IMG/VR virus record: IMGVR_UViG_3300047471_000162
Location: 32,001 to 96,000 of that record
DNA: 64,000 bases
Strand: one strand, 5' to 3'
DNA from: a virus
In this document: positions 1 through 9,976 of the stretch, one piece after another
How positions within the stretch are numbered: position 1 is the first letter of the stretch
How the letters are laid out: each line of letters opens with the position of its first letter
Notes under the pieces: model-generated
What the model was told of the DNA's origin: nothing
The model's input: the letters and a program-made list of their open reading frames with translations, nothing else
Database searches by the model: none
Program-made: the position numbers and the translations under genes

Positions 1-1
1 A

Positions 2-97
2 ATACCTAATGATCAAATACCTGCATCCAACACTATTGTAAAAATGATTTCTGCTACAGCTACCAACTACACTGTGGAAGGTAGAACACATGTCTAA
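2..97 (+). CDS. 3' end of a gene entering the window (probably a virion protein)
   Basis: Open frame IPNDQIPAS...EGRTHV* whose stop overlaps the start of the 90..2993 ORF. Confidence 0.55.
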   Translation: MPNDQIPASNTIVKMISATATNYTVEGRTHV

Positions 98-2993
98 TCG
101 CGGTGGTTTAAAGCAACTCGGTGCGGGAGTTCCACCCAACGGAACTGCTAGTGGAGACCTATCCGGAACCTATCCTGCACCTTCAGTAACTACCACACAC
201 TTAACAGCACCACTACCTGTTCTTCAAGGAGGGACAGGAAGTACTGTTACAAACTTTGTGGATCTTACAACTGATCAAACTATAGCTGGTACAAAAACTT
301 TTACTACAAGAGTTATAGTTCCAATTCCTTCTAATACAACTGATGCTGCAACTAAGGGATATGCTGATGGTATCTCCGCAGGTATTTCTGTAAAGGCATC
401 AGTAGCTGCGGGAACTACTACAGTACTACCAACTAATACCTACAATAATGGAACTATTGGGGTAGGTGCCACACTTACCGCCACTACTGCGGGTGTTCTA
501 GTTATAGACGGCTATACAGTATTACTAAACGACAGAGTAATAGTAAAGAACGAAGTAGCACCTGTTAATAATGGAATCTACACAGTAACCACTTTAGGTA
601 CTGTAAGCGTTCCTTACATATTAACTAGATCCACAGATATGAATACTCCAGCAAGTATCAATGGGGCAGCCACCTTTATAAATAATGGTTCAGTTAATAG
701 AGGCTCTGGTTGGGTGGTCATAGCGGGTGGAACTTATGTTATTGGTACCACCGATATTAATTGGACTCAATTTACATCTCCAGGATTAATAAATGTAGGG
801 ACAGGACTTACGCAAACGGGTAATACTATTAGCTTGGTCACTCCAGTTAATATTGGAAATCTACCAAACGCTACTACTTCTACCTCAGGGATAATAGAAC
901 TAGCCGGGGATCTTTCTGGTATTAGTACTTTACCAACAGTAGTGAGTACTCATCTAGCTTCACCACTACCCTTGGCCCAAGGGGGGTTAGGTGCTATTAC
1001 CTCAGCTGGAGGTAGAACTACTCTTGGCTTAGGTTCATCAGCTATAGAGGACGTAAATACTACTAATATAAATATCGCAGCATTAGGTACACAATCCGCT
1101 GGAGCTGTAGGTCAAGTAGCCGACGCAGGTCATATTCATGCAATGCCTTCACTCGATCAGGTAAATGTACCAACTACAAATGTGTCAATGAATAGCCATA
1201 AGCTAACAAATTTGGCTAATGGTACAGCTTCTACAGATGCCGTAGCCTTCGGTCAACTTCCTACAACACTTCCACCGAATGGTGCCGCTGGCGGTGATTT
1301 AACAGGAACTTATCCAAATCCCACGCTAAGTGGAACTGCTAATGTTGAATCCATAATTCGAGCCAATAGATTAGACCAGTTAGCAGTACCTACTGTATCT
1401 GTCAGTATGAATAGTCAGAAACTTACTAATGTGGCTAACGGTACTTTAAGTACTGACGTCGCCACCTTTGGTCAGGTACCTACAACCCTCCCACCATCCG
1501 GTAGTGCTGGTGGGGATCTAGCAGGCACTTATCCTAACCCCACGCTGGCCAATACCTCTAACGTTCAAACAGTGGTGAGAACTAACCGTCTTGACCAAAT
1601 GGCAACACCTACAGCCGCTGTAAGTATGGGAAGTCAGAAACTTACTAGTTTAGCTAATGGGACAATAGCTACTGATGCTGCAACCTTTGGCCAAGTTCCT
1701 ACCACTCTTCCACCGAATGGCACAGCTGGTGGAGATCTCTCTGGAACTTACCCAGGGCCTACATTAGCTAATACAGCTAATGTGCAGACTATAGTAAGAA
1801 CTAATAGACTAGACCAAATGGCTATACCAACAGCATCAGTGAATCTAAATAGTCAAAAAATTACTTCATTAGCTAATGGTTCAGCGAACACTGATGCTGC
1901 CGCGTTTGGGCAGATTCCTACTACATTACCGCCCAACGGCTCAGCGGGCGGGGACCTTTCTGGAACGTACCCTAATCCCACCGTATCCAAGGTAACTGGT
2001 GTTGCTGTAACGGGTACTCCTGCTTATGGTGGAACTATACGAGCCACTAGTAGTTCAGCCGCTTCATGGATGGTTCTTCCATTATTTGCTAGCACTGGAA
2101 CGTTAACTGGTGGAGTGATGACCGTTAATGGTGGTAATCCTGCTGCCTTTGATATCACAGCAACCACCGCATTTATAGTGGACTACGTAACTACTCCAGC
2201 CACTCCAACTATTACCCCAGTAACTATAAATGCTCAAACAGTAACTCTGGGGGGATCACAAACTACGCAGATAGTTAACTGGTGGGTAGCCAATAGCTCT
2301 GGAGTAATTAGCTCTCTTACTGCACCACCTACACCAGTACAGCAGAGAACAATGGTTCGCCTTGGTGTAACTTTCTCAGCTACAGGAACTGGAAATATAT
2401 TCAGTATTATGACCGCTCCAGTAGTTCTTAATCAACCAACAGATTCTGTACATGGGCTAGCTTATGCCATAGGGACTCTAACTCTGGCTGGGAATCTAGT
2501 AACAGCTAATGGTGCTAATCTTAATATTAATAAGAGTTCGGGAACACTTCATGCATTTGGCTTTGGCTATGCGGCTAACGGAGCAAATAACCCTAATCTA
2601 GTTACTTCCCCAGCAGAAACTGCTGCAACTTTCCGACAGCTTACCCAAATAACTAATTCAGAATCATCAGCTACAACAACTTTTGATGCAAGCCATTGGG
2701 ATAATGCTGGAGTACTTACAACGATCTCAGGAGGGACTGCTTCTATCCATAGAGTATTTCTTATGCCTTCGGGTATAGCAGGATCCCAGATCTATATTCA
2801 ATATGGTCAGGCAACTTATGGAAACTTGGCAAATGCACTATCTGGAATACAAACTGAGGTCTTTACAGTTAATCCAGATCTTGGAGTCTATGGATGTTTA
2901 ATTGGCTATATAATTTCCACAGCTAATGCCACCACATTAAATAATGCTGGGCAGGCTACATTCGTACCTGCTGGTAAGTTTGCATTCCCATAA
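90..2993 (+). CDS. Long repeat-built virion fibre protein (head/neck fibre)
   Basis: T/G/A/N-rich. About 73-aa repeats (LPPNGxAGGDLxGTYPNPT...ITNLANGTxxTDAAxFGQ). N-terminal DAATKGYAD and GYTVLLNDRVIVKNE...NNGIY fibre motifs. Confidence 0.7.
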   Translation: MSNRGGLKQLGAGVPPNGTASGDLSGTYPAPSVTTTHLTAPLPVLQGGTGSTVTNFVDLTTDQTIAGTKTFTTRVIVPIPSNTTDAATKGYADGISAGISVKASVAAGTTTVLPTNTYNNGTIGVGATLTATTAGVLVIDGYTVLLNDRVIVKNEVAPVNNGIYTVTTLGTVSVPYILTRSTDMNTPASINGAATFINNGSVNRGSGWVVIAGGTYVIGTTDINWTQFTSPGLINVGTGLTQTGNTISLVTPVNIGNLPNATTSTSGIIELAGDLSGISTLPTVVSTHLASPLPLAQGGLGAITSAGGRTTLGLGSSAIEDVNTTNINIAALGTQSAGAVGQVADAGHIHAMPSLDQVNVPTTNVSMNSHKLTNLANGTASTDAVAFGQLPTTLPPNGAAGGDLTGTYPNPTLSGTANVESIIRANRLDQLAVPTVSVSMNSQKLTNVANGTLSTDVATFGQVPTTLPPSGSAGGDLAGTYPNPTLANTSNVQTVVRTNRLDQMATPTAAVSMGSQKLTSLANGTIATDAATFGQVPTTLPPNGTAGGDLSGTYPGPTLANTANVQTIVRTNRLDQMAIPTASVNLNSQKITSLANGSANTDAAAFGQIPTTLPPNGSAGGDLSGTYPNPTVSKVTGVAVTGTPAYGGTIRATSSSAASWMVLPLFASTGTLTGGVMTVNGGNPAAFDITATTAFIVDYVTTPATPTITPVTINAQTVTLGGSQTTQIVNWWVANSSGVISSLTAPPTPVQQRTMVRLGVTFSATGTGNIFSIMTAPVVLNQPTDSVHGLAYAIGTLTLAGNLVTANGANLNINKSSGTLHAFGFGYAANGANNPNLVTSPAETAATFRQLTQITNSESSATTTFDASHWDNAGVLTTISGGTASIHRVFLMPSGIAGSQIYIQYGQATYGNLANALSGIQTEVFTVNPDLGVYGCLIGYIISTANATTLNNAGQATFVPAGKFAFP

Positions 2994-3007
2994 AAAGGAG
3001 ACACATC

Positions 3008-3340
3008 ATGGCTTTTGATTTTTTTGTAGAAGATGAATCTGGTAATCTAACAACCAATCCGATGTTAGTGCACACCACAGCCACTACAAACTCTAGTGGT
3101 ATTTTTAATGTGGATATTACTGGTGCCGGATTGACACATGTTTATAGTGTCCACGCTACGGTAGTAGCCTCTAATAGCTCTCTATCTAATGCAGTAGGTA
3201 CTTCGATCTATACCTTTAACACAACTACTATTACTGGAATTGCTTATTCACCTACAGCGGCAGTCCTGGGTCTACTTGGAATTACTGCTGTAGGTTCTGG
3301 TCATATTGTCTATATAACTATTATCGGAGACCAGGTTTAA
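3008..3340 (+). CDS. Small virion-associated protein, possibly a fibre partner
   Basis: AAGGAG RBS; beta-rich composition; directly follows the fibre gene. Confidence 0.5.
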   Translation: MAFDFFVEDESGNLTTNPMLVHTTATTNSSGIFNVDITGAGLTHVYSVHATVVASNSSLSNAVGTSIYTFNTTTITGIAYSPTAAVLGLLGITAVGSGHIVYITIIGDQV

Positions 3341-3400
3341 CTTATAATGTGGTAATCTTTATCCAGTGATATTAATTCGGCGAAATAGAAATGGACCAAT

Positions 3401-5122
3401 ATGTCAGCAATGACTTTCTACTCTCCATCAATGAGAGCCGCAGCATCAGACCTAGCAATTGCTATTAGCCCGCTAGGTCTAGTTGAGCTATCCGATGAAG
3501 AGTTTGAAATGCACGGTCCAAGATTAAATCGTTATGCCGAATACTGGGCTTGGTACTTAGGCCATCACTGGGGAACTCGTAGAGAGTTCGGAGACCCACA
3601 ACTTACCTTCAATTACATAAAGGCTTTTGCCGATTACATTAATAACTTCTGCTTCTCCAGAGGCATCGCTTTCGATACTGTCAAAGAATTCGACCACATC
3701 ATCCCTGCTCTCCTGAAGCGTATTTGGCAACAGGATAATAATATGAAGGCAGTAACGTGGGAGATGGGACAGCAAGGCGGTGTCTCTGGAGATTGTTTTA
3801 TTAAGGTTGCTTATGAACCCGCCTATCAAGATGAAGCAGAGAATTGGCACGCGGGAAGAGTAAGAATTCTTCCCCTTAATTCAGCCTTCTGTTTTCCTAC
3901 TTGGCATCCACACGACCGTGACAGACTATTAGAGTTCAAACTAAAGTATAGATTTTGGGGAACTAATACAGAAGGAACTAGATCTGTATATACCTATACA
4001 GAACTTATTCGATCTGATAGTATCCGCGAGTTTGTCAATGATGAACTAATTGATGAGCGACCTAATGTGTTAGGTGAAATTCCTATAGTACATATCGCTA
4101 ATCACCCAGCTTCTGGTTCCCCTTGGGGAATGTCAGATGTACAAGATCTTATTTCCCTGAATAGACAGTACAATGAAACTGCAACAGATATTGCAGATAT
4201 TGTTAATTACCACGCAGCTCCTATTACAGTTATTACTGGTGCCAAGCCAAGTCAGCTTGAAAAGGGAACCAACCGTGTATGGTCTATTGGAAATAAGGAT
4301 GTAGAAGTAAAGAACCTTGAGAACGGGGTGGATCTAGAAGGTCCACTCGAAGTTCTTAATACTCTCAAGGTCGCTATGCACGAGATGACTGGAGTTCCCG
4401 AGTCTGCACTTGGGCAGTCCCAGCCTATTTCTAATACCTCGGGTGTGGCCCTTTCTATTCAATTCTTCCCGCTTATGCAAAAGTTTGAGTTAAAGAAGAT
4501 ACAATATGGTAAGGGACTACAAAAAGTAAATGAGTTGGCTTTACGCACACTATTTATCTTTGAACCAGATGCAACACTTTATAATCCAGACACTGAAGGT
4601 ATTATCCAACCAGGTCAACCTTTCGCAATTAATGCAACAGATCCATTAGTTTACTTCAGCGATATAGACTGGCCTTCTCCACTACCCGTGGATAGACTAG
4701 TAAAGCTGAATGAAATTGCAGCAATGATGAATATGAATATGGAAAGTCGTAGAGGCGCGCTCAAGGACTTGGGAGAACAGTTCCCAGATGAGAAGCTTCA
4801 GGAAATCTATGATGAGCTACATGATGACGCCGTACGTGATGGTGCTCTACGTCTAACCAGAACTCAGATTGATTCAGTAATTCTCGCACTAACAGGTATG
4901 GTTCCAACTCCAGACGGTTCAGAACCTAATCCTAATGAGGTTCCACAGAGCGACGCAGAAGGTAATCCAAAGCCTACGCAAGCTGGTCCAGGAAATATGA
5001 GCATGGGTGATTTTAACCCTGAGCAGATGGATGGAGCAGGATCTATGCAGGCCCTACAGAACGCAGTCGTTCAGGCATACGGAACTAAGTTAGGTTCTCG
5101 CCAACTTCCTACGGATGACTAG
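3401..5122 (+). CDS. Portal protein (SPP1 gp6-like)
   Basis: GEIPIVHIAN, GSPWGMSD and NTSGVALSIQFFPL motifs; 573 aa; precedes scaffold and capsid. Confidence 0.85.
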   Translation: MSAMTFYSPSMRAAASDLAIAISPLGLVELSDEEFEMHGPRLNRYAEYWAWYLGHHWGTRREFGDPQLTFNYIKAFADYINNFCFSRGIAFDTVKEFDHIIPALLKRIWQQDNNMKAVTWEMGQQGGVSGDCFIKVAYEPAYQDEAENWHAGRVRILPLNSAFCFPTWHPHDRDRLLEFKLKYRFWGTNTEGTRSVYTYTELIRSDSIREFVNDELIDERPNVLGEIPIVHIANHPASGSPWGMSDVQDLISLNRQYNETATDIADIVNYHAAPITVITGAKPSQLEKGTNRVWSIGNKDVEVKNLENGVDLEGPLEVLNTLKVAMHEMTGVPESALGQSQPISNTSGVALSIQFFPLMQKFELKKIQYGKGLQKVNELALRTLFIFEPDATLYNPDTEGIIQPGQPFAINATDPLVYFSDIDWPSPLPVDRLVKLNEIAAMMNMNMESRRGALKDLGEQFPDEKLQEIYDELHDDAVRDGALRLTRTQIDSVILALTGMVPTPDGSEPNPNEVPQSDAEGNPKPTQAGPGNMSMGDFNPEQMDGAGSMQALQNAVVQAYGTKLGSRQLPTDD

Positions 5123-5199
5123 TAAAATAGTAAACACTTAAGTAAATCGTATTCGGGACATATTCGGAAAACAACGAGCGAAATTTCTAGGAGATATAA

Positions 5200-6009
5200 A
5201 TGTCAGTTCCAGCGCAGCCGGGTATTATGCATACAGCAGATACTAATGGCGCACAGAGTTCGGCTCCCTCTCCAGCATCTTTTACACATGGTGCTAACGG
5301 CGAGAGAACTTTCACAGAAGCAGATATTGCTAATGCCAGAAAGCAGGAGAAGGACAAACTGTACTCTGAGATCGACGGTCTGAAGACTCAATGGGCACAG
5401 GCTCAGAAGTCCTTGGACTTAATCCAGGAGCAGCGTGATCAGGAAGCAGCTGAAAAGGTACGTATTCAGCAGGAGAAGGATGAAGCTCTTCAGGCCAAGA
5501 AGGATGATGAGATGTCTGCAAAGCAATTGCTTGAGACAAAGTTACGCGAGACTAATGACACATGGGAAGAGCGTTTTAGTAAGTTACAGGCAGAGCGCGA
5601 TCAAGAGAGAGCATTGGCTGATAAGGAGCGCGCTTACAATGAACTTGTTGACTATCGCAATGGGCGACTAGCCGAGAGTTTTGAACTGAAGGAAATTGCT
5701 CCACAATTCCAGAACTTCATTACGGGCGATAGTAAGGAACAGATTGATGCGGCAATTGAGCAGGCAAAGATTGCTACAGCATCTATCGAAGCAGAACTTG
5801 CACAGGCAGCTCAGAATAGAGCCCAGCAGGTTCGTGGTGTATCTCCTACAGGTTACGCTGCACTTGGTCCATTAGAGGGTGCCATGGGGCAGAAGTCCTA
5901 TACACCTGAAGAGATCAATAACATGTCCATGAAGGAATATGCAGAATTCCGCCAGAAGACTGGACTGGCCTCTTCAGAGGCTCGTAGAAGTCAAGGGTTA
6001 TTTGGTTAA
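5200..6009 (+). CDS. Capsid scaffolding protein
   Basis: FTEADIANARKQEKDKLY coiled coil; C-terminal MSMKEYAEFR; lies between portal and capsid. Confidence 0.8.
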   Translation: MSVPAQPGIMHTADTNGAQSSAPSPASFTHGANGERTFTEADIANARKQEKDKLYSEIDGLKTQWAQAQKSLDLIQEQRDQEAAEKVRIQQEKDEALQAKKDDEMSAKQLLETKLRETNDTWEERFSKLQAERDQERALADKERAYNELVDYRNGRLAESFELKEIAPQFQNFITGDSKEQIDAAIEQAKIATASIEAELAQAAQNRAQQVRGVSPTGYAALGPLEGAMGQKSYTPEEINNMSMKEYAEFRQKTGLASSEARRSQGLFG

Positions 6010-6443
6010 TGGATACTTTACAATGTAGTAGTTGTAAAGAATATAAAGATCTAAAAGGCTTTCATAGTAGTTCTAATAACAGGGGCTATGACTATCGCTG
6101 TAAGGACTGCAAAGAGTCTAAAAGAAAACAAAGATTACTAGACGACCCCGAAAATATTCGAGAACGTCTAAAATTAAATACTAGAAGATGGCGCCTTGCC
6201 AATGAGTACGGTATTTCAGAGGTAGAGTGGTTCGCCATATTTACTCAGCAAGATGGTCAGTGTGCTATATGTTTTAAACAGTTTGATCATCCCGAACAAA
6301 TGCGAGTGGACCACAATCACGCCACAGGCGCTATACGTGAGCTACTTTGTAACAACTGTAATGCAGGTATCGGAATGCTTGCAGAGGATACGGATAGGCT
6401 ACTAAGCGCCGTACAATATCTTATAAAACACTCTATACATTGA
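6009..6443 (+). CDS. Free-standing endonuclease VII-family homing endonuclease
   Basis: QDGQCAIC...VDHNHATGAIRELLCNNCNAGIG signature plus N-terminal CxxC zinc finger. Confidence 0.85.
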   Translation: MDTLQCSSCKEYKDLKGFHSSSNNRGYDYRCKDCKESKRKQRLLDDPENIRERLKLNTRRWRLANEYGISEVEWFAIFTQQDGQCAICFKQFDHPEQMRVDHNHATGAIRELLCNNCNAGIGMLAEDTDRLLSAVQYLIKHSIH

Positions 6444-6452
6444 GAGGTTCAC

Positions 6453-7490
6453 ATGGCAGGTTCAGCCATTACTGGGACACCGAATATCACCGGTTCCCCA
6501 ACATCTTATCCAGGTGGAGCAACAGCTCTTTCCCCAGCAATTCAAACAATCTGGTCAAAAGAAATTTTGTTTCAGGCAATGCCGATTTTGCGTTTTGAAC
6601 AATTCGCTGTAAAGAAGACAGAGCTCGGAGTTACACCCGGTCTTACAATTAACTTCATGCGTTACAACAACTTGGGTCGCGCAACTCAGCTTGTTGAAGG
6701 TATCCGCATGCAGACTAACTCCCTAACAGCTTCTCAGTTCTCTATTACTGTAGCTGAGCAGGGATATGCTGTAGCTGTTTCTGAGCTACTTCTAAACGCA
6801 GCCTTCGATGATGTTATGGCCTCTGCTTCTCGTCTACTTGGACGTAACATGGCCACCTACCTGGACGAGTCTGCACGAAACACTCTACTTCAGGCATCTT
6901 CACAGATCTATGGTTACCAGAAGGATTCCGGTCCTCTTAATAACCAGATGTACTACAACATTGGTACACCAGGTACAAGCAATGCATCTATGACAGGTGA
7001 CTTCAATCTTACAAGTCAGACCGTATACGATGCCGTAGAAACTTTGGCCACCAAGAATGTACCCCGTTTGGGAGAGACATATGTATGTTTCGTACACCCA
7101 CACCAGTCAAGATGGTTGAGAAATGATCCTCAATTTATTGAGATGACAAAGTATGCTTCGCCTGGTAACTTTATGTTAGGTGAAATTGGCCGACTAAACG
7201 ATGTAGTATTTATAGAAACTACTCAAGTTAGAAATGTCCAGAATGGTGCTGGAGCTGGTTGGACAACAGATACTACAACCGGTGGAGTAACAACTGGTAA
7301 TGGTTCTGCTAGCCGTTATGATTCTATTTTCATTGGTGACAATGCATTCGGTCATGCTATTTCTCTACCCGTTGAATTACGCGATGGCGGAATCCTAGAC
7401 TTCGGACGCGAACATGCTTTGGCGTGGTACGCAATTTGGGGATTTGGTCTAATTACTGATATCTCTGTAGTAATTGCATCTACTAACTAA
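6453..7490 (+). CDS. Major capsid protein (N4-gp56 family)
   Basis: YVCFVHPHQ, GEIGRLNDVVFIET, DFGREHALAWY motifs; followed by a strong terminator. Confidence 0.9.
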   Translation: MAGSAITGTPNITGSPTSYPGGATALSPAIQTIWSKEILFQAMPILRFEQFAVKKTELGVTPGLTINFMRYNNLGRATQLVEGIRMQTNSLTASQFSITVAEQGYAVAVSELLLNAAFDDVMASASRLLGRNMATYLDESARNTLLQASSQIYGYQKDSGPLNNQMYYNIGTPGTSNASMTGDFNLTSQTVYDAVETLATKNVPRLGETYVCFVHPHQSRWLRNDPQFIEMTKYASPGNFMLGEIGRLNDVVFIETTQVRNVQNGAGAGWTTDTTTGGVTTGNGSASRYDSIFIGDNAFGHAISLPVELRDGGILDFGREHALAWYAIWGFGLITDISVVIASTN

Positions 7491-7504
7491 TTAGCTTTAT
7501 TAAT

Positions 7505-7545
7505 ACTCCCTCCTTGGTGCTCCCCTCACCGGGAGGGAGTTTTTA
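7505..7545 (+). terminator. Intrinsic terminator after the capsid gene
   Basis: ACTCCCTCCTTGGTG-ctcccct-CACCGGGAGGGAGT followed by a T run. Confidence 0.85.
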
Positions 7546-7581
7546 TTAATACATATACGAGACATAATTTTGGAGAATAGA

Positions 7582-7956
7582 ATGCCACCAGCACGTAAGA
7601 GAGCAGGAGACCTAACGGGTATTGAGCAGCAGCGTTTGCTCAAGGAGAATGCTGAAGAGCTTAAGAAGCGTCAGCATGAGATTGCCCTGATGGCTGAGCT
7701 TGAAGAGGAAATGAATGAAGTTCCGATTGACTATACTGAGGGTCCAACTCCAGTAGTTCAGAATGATGTAGAGGATACAGAGATTCTTCTTGAGTCTCCT
7801 ACTCGTGTAATCATTCCAAATACAACACTAGAGCAAATGACTTTCGGCGCGGGTAAGCACTACACCTTTGAAGAAGGAAAGAAGTACACTGTTCCTGTAG
7901 AACTTGCACGTCATCTATCATCGAAGGGCCTTCTTTGGGAAGGCGGATACCGCTAA
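7582..7956 (+). CDS. Hypothetical head-associated protein
   Basis: GGAG RBS; position just after the capsid gene. Confidence 0.6.
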   Translation: MPPARKRAGDLTGIEQQRLLKENAEELKKRQHEIALMAELEEEMNEVPIDYTEGPTPVVQNDVEDTEILLESPTRVIIPNTTLEQMTFGAGKHYTFEEGKKYTVPVELARHLSSKGLLWEGGYR

Positions 7957-7970
7957 GAAAGGCTTTATAA

Positions 7971-8423
7971 ATGTCTAGTAGCTTTACAGATACTACGGAT
8001 AGAGCCCTGTTGAACTACTTGACAGGAACTTCTCTAGGTGGTTGGACTCCACCAACGACTACATACGTTATGCTGCTGACTGCCAATCCAGCGCTTACTG
8101 CATCTATTCCTACTGATCCAACACTAGCTGAACTACCAGAGTTAAGCGCTGCGGGATACAGCAGACAGATTGCAACATGGTCTTCCTCCACTACACCTAC
8201 TGGTGGGATTAGCCAGATTAAGAATAATAACTTATTGACCTTCGGACCCTTTACAGCTCCTTCGGGTTCTGGTACCGCTACAACATATGGTGCTTTAGTA
8301 AATGTAGCCTCAGGAACTTCTGGTGAAGTATTTTCAATATGGTCTTGGGACAATCCAGTGCTAGCTCCACAGAACCAATCTATTACTATCCCGATTGGTA
8401 ATCTAGTCTTCACACAACAATAG
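7971..8423 (+). CDS. Virion structural protein
   Basis: LLTANP...ELSAAGYSRQ...TFGP motif typical of small phage structural proteins. Confidence 0.6.
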   Translation: MSSSFTDTTDRALLNYLTGTSLGGWTPPTTTYVMLLTANPALTASIPTDPTLAELPELSAAGYSRQIATWSSSTTPTGGISQIKNNNLLTFGPFTAPSGSGTATTYGALVNVASGTSGEVFSIWSWDNPVLAPQNQSITIPIGNLVFTQQ

Positions 8424-8425
8424 GA

Positions 8426-9256
8426 ATGCCAATGACACTAACTACTCAAGATGTTATTTCTCGTGTGCGAGTAGAGCTAGGAGATACTGGAGCACCTTTC
8501 TCTGATATGTTCTTGGGAACTGGGTTAGTGTCTCAGTACGACTTAACTGATTTCAATATCTGGAATGTGACAGTGACTTGGATTAAGAACCAAGTCCCTG
8601 TCCTTCTAGTAGAACACACAGATTATAATCTTAATAGACAGGAAGGTAGAATCTTCCTACAAGGAGCACCAGCGCCTCTTCCACAAGGAGATACCTTAAT
8701 AATCTCCGGTCAAGCTGGTGGAATGTTCTCTGATGATGAACTAACTATGTTTATTAATGACGCAGTTACTCAGCACACTTTGGGAAGAACAGCAAAGACT
8801 CGCTTCAAAGATTCATATGGTTTCGTTCGCTATATAGACGTTCCAATGGATCTAGCTAATCTTCCTCAAGTAGAGGGAGTACTTATAGCTATGCGTGCGT
8901 CAATAGAAGCGTTGTGGGCATTGGCTACAGATGCTAGCACTGATATCGATATCTCCAGCGCAGACGGAACTACCGTTCCTCGCTCTGAAAGATATAGACA
9001 GTTACGCCAACAGATCGATGGTATGACTGATAGATATAATCAGCTTTGTAATATGCTTAATGTGGGACTTAACCGCATTGAGATGTCTAAGATTCGTAGA
9101 GTATCTAGAACTACTAATCGTCTTGTTCCTATCTTCAAGGATAGAGAGTACGACGACTACGCACTACCGCAGCGTCAACTACCTCCAATTGACGCACAGA
9201 ATCCAGACACTTCCAATATTCCTTCACCGATTTTTGGTGGTATGTGGGGTCTATAA
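8426..9256 (+). CDS. Head-tail adaptor
   Basis: ISRVRVELGD N-terminus and FSDDEL motif; position in the head-tail block. Confidence 0.65.
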   Translation: MPMTLTTQDVISRVRVELGDTGAPFSDMFLGTGLVSQYDLTDFNIWNVTVTWIKNQVPVLLVEHTDYNLNRQEGRIFLQGAPAPLPQGDTLIISGQAGGMFSDDELTMFINDAVTQHTLGRTAKTRFKDSYGFVRYIDVPMDLANLPQVEGVLIAMRASIEALWALATDASTDIDISSADGTTVPRSERYRQLRQQIDGMTDRYNQLCNMLNVGLNRIEMSKIRRVSRTTNRLVPIFKDREYDDYALPQRQLPPIDAQNPDTSNIPSPIFGGMWGL

Positions 9257-9271
9257 ACCAAGGAGATTTAC

Positions 9272-9946
9272 ATGGGACGTATCGGTTGGAAGGGTGGCCG
9301 CTTCAATGTGGACTACGAAACCTCCGAAATCTACAGAGGACTACGCGATTGGCAGCGATGGACTGGCGACAAAGTCAACTACTATCGCTTTGCTTACGAG
9401 CAGTCCTCTGTAGATCCCACGTATAAAGAACCAATGGCTCCTAGTGGAAGAGTTTACTTCGGACCAAACTTGGTTCCAGCCTTACACGTTATTCATGTGG
9501 AAGGTGATAATCAGAATGGCACTCAGGGTTTCTATTACAATGATGAAGCCCATATCACAATGTCATTCGATCAGATTAATCGCCTAGGTATTGGTGCTCC
9601 CAATATAACTACACAGACTCAGAATTATCTTAAGGATAGATTTGAGTATCGTGGAAAAATTTATAGAGTCACCAATATTCAGATACTTGGGCAGATACAA
9701 AGAAAGCCCATCATCATTACGATTGACGGGTCTCAGGTGAAGCCAGAAGAAATGGTTAATGATATTCAGTTTGCGCAGTATGCTCAGGATGCGGTATTCC
9801 CACTGGGTTACGTGCCCAATAACACATTACCTGCCCCTATGTCTAAGGAAATTAAGCAGGTATTCCCGGTACTCCACGGACCACAGCCAAATATCCAGGA
9901 GCCTTATGGAGATGGTCCTTACAGTTCTGGTCCTTACGGTGGATAA
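9272..9946 (+). CDS. Head closure / neck protein
   Basis: KDRFEYRGKIYRVTNI beta motif; position after the adaptor. Confidence 0.55.
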   Translation: MGRIGWKGGRFNVDYETSEIYRGLRDWQRWTGDKVNYYRFAYEQSSVDPTYKEPMAPSGRVYFGPNLVPALHVIHVEGDNQNGTQGFYYNDEAHITMSFDQINRLGIGAPNITTQTQNYLKDRFEYRGKIYRVTNIQILGQIQRKPIIITIDGSQVKPEEMVNDIQFAQYAQDAVFPLGYVPNNTLPAPMSKEIKQVFPVLHGPQPNIQEPYGDGPYSSGPYGG

Positions 9947-9976
9947 CTACATCAAAGAATACGGTGGTGCTAAGTA

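Noticed and set aside
3370-5190. Shared ATTCGG..GCGAAAT upstream of portal and scaffold as a late-promoter motif
   Set aside because: Only two short instances with different spacing, so it cannot be supported.
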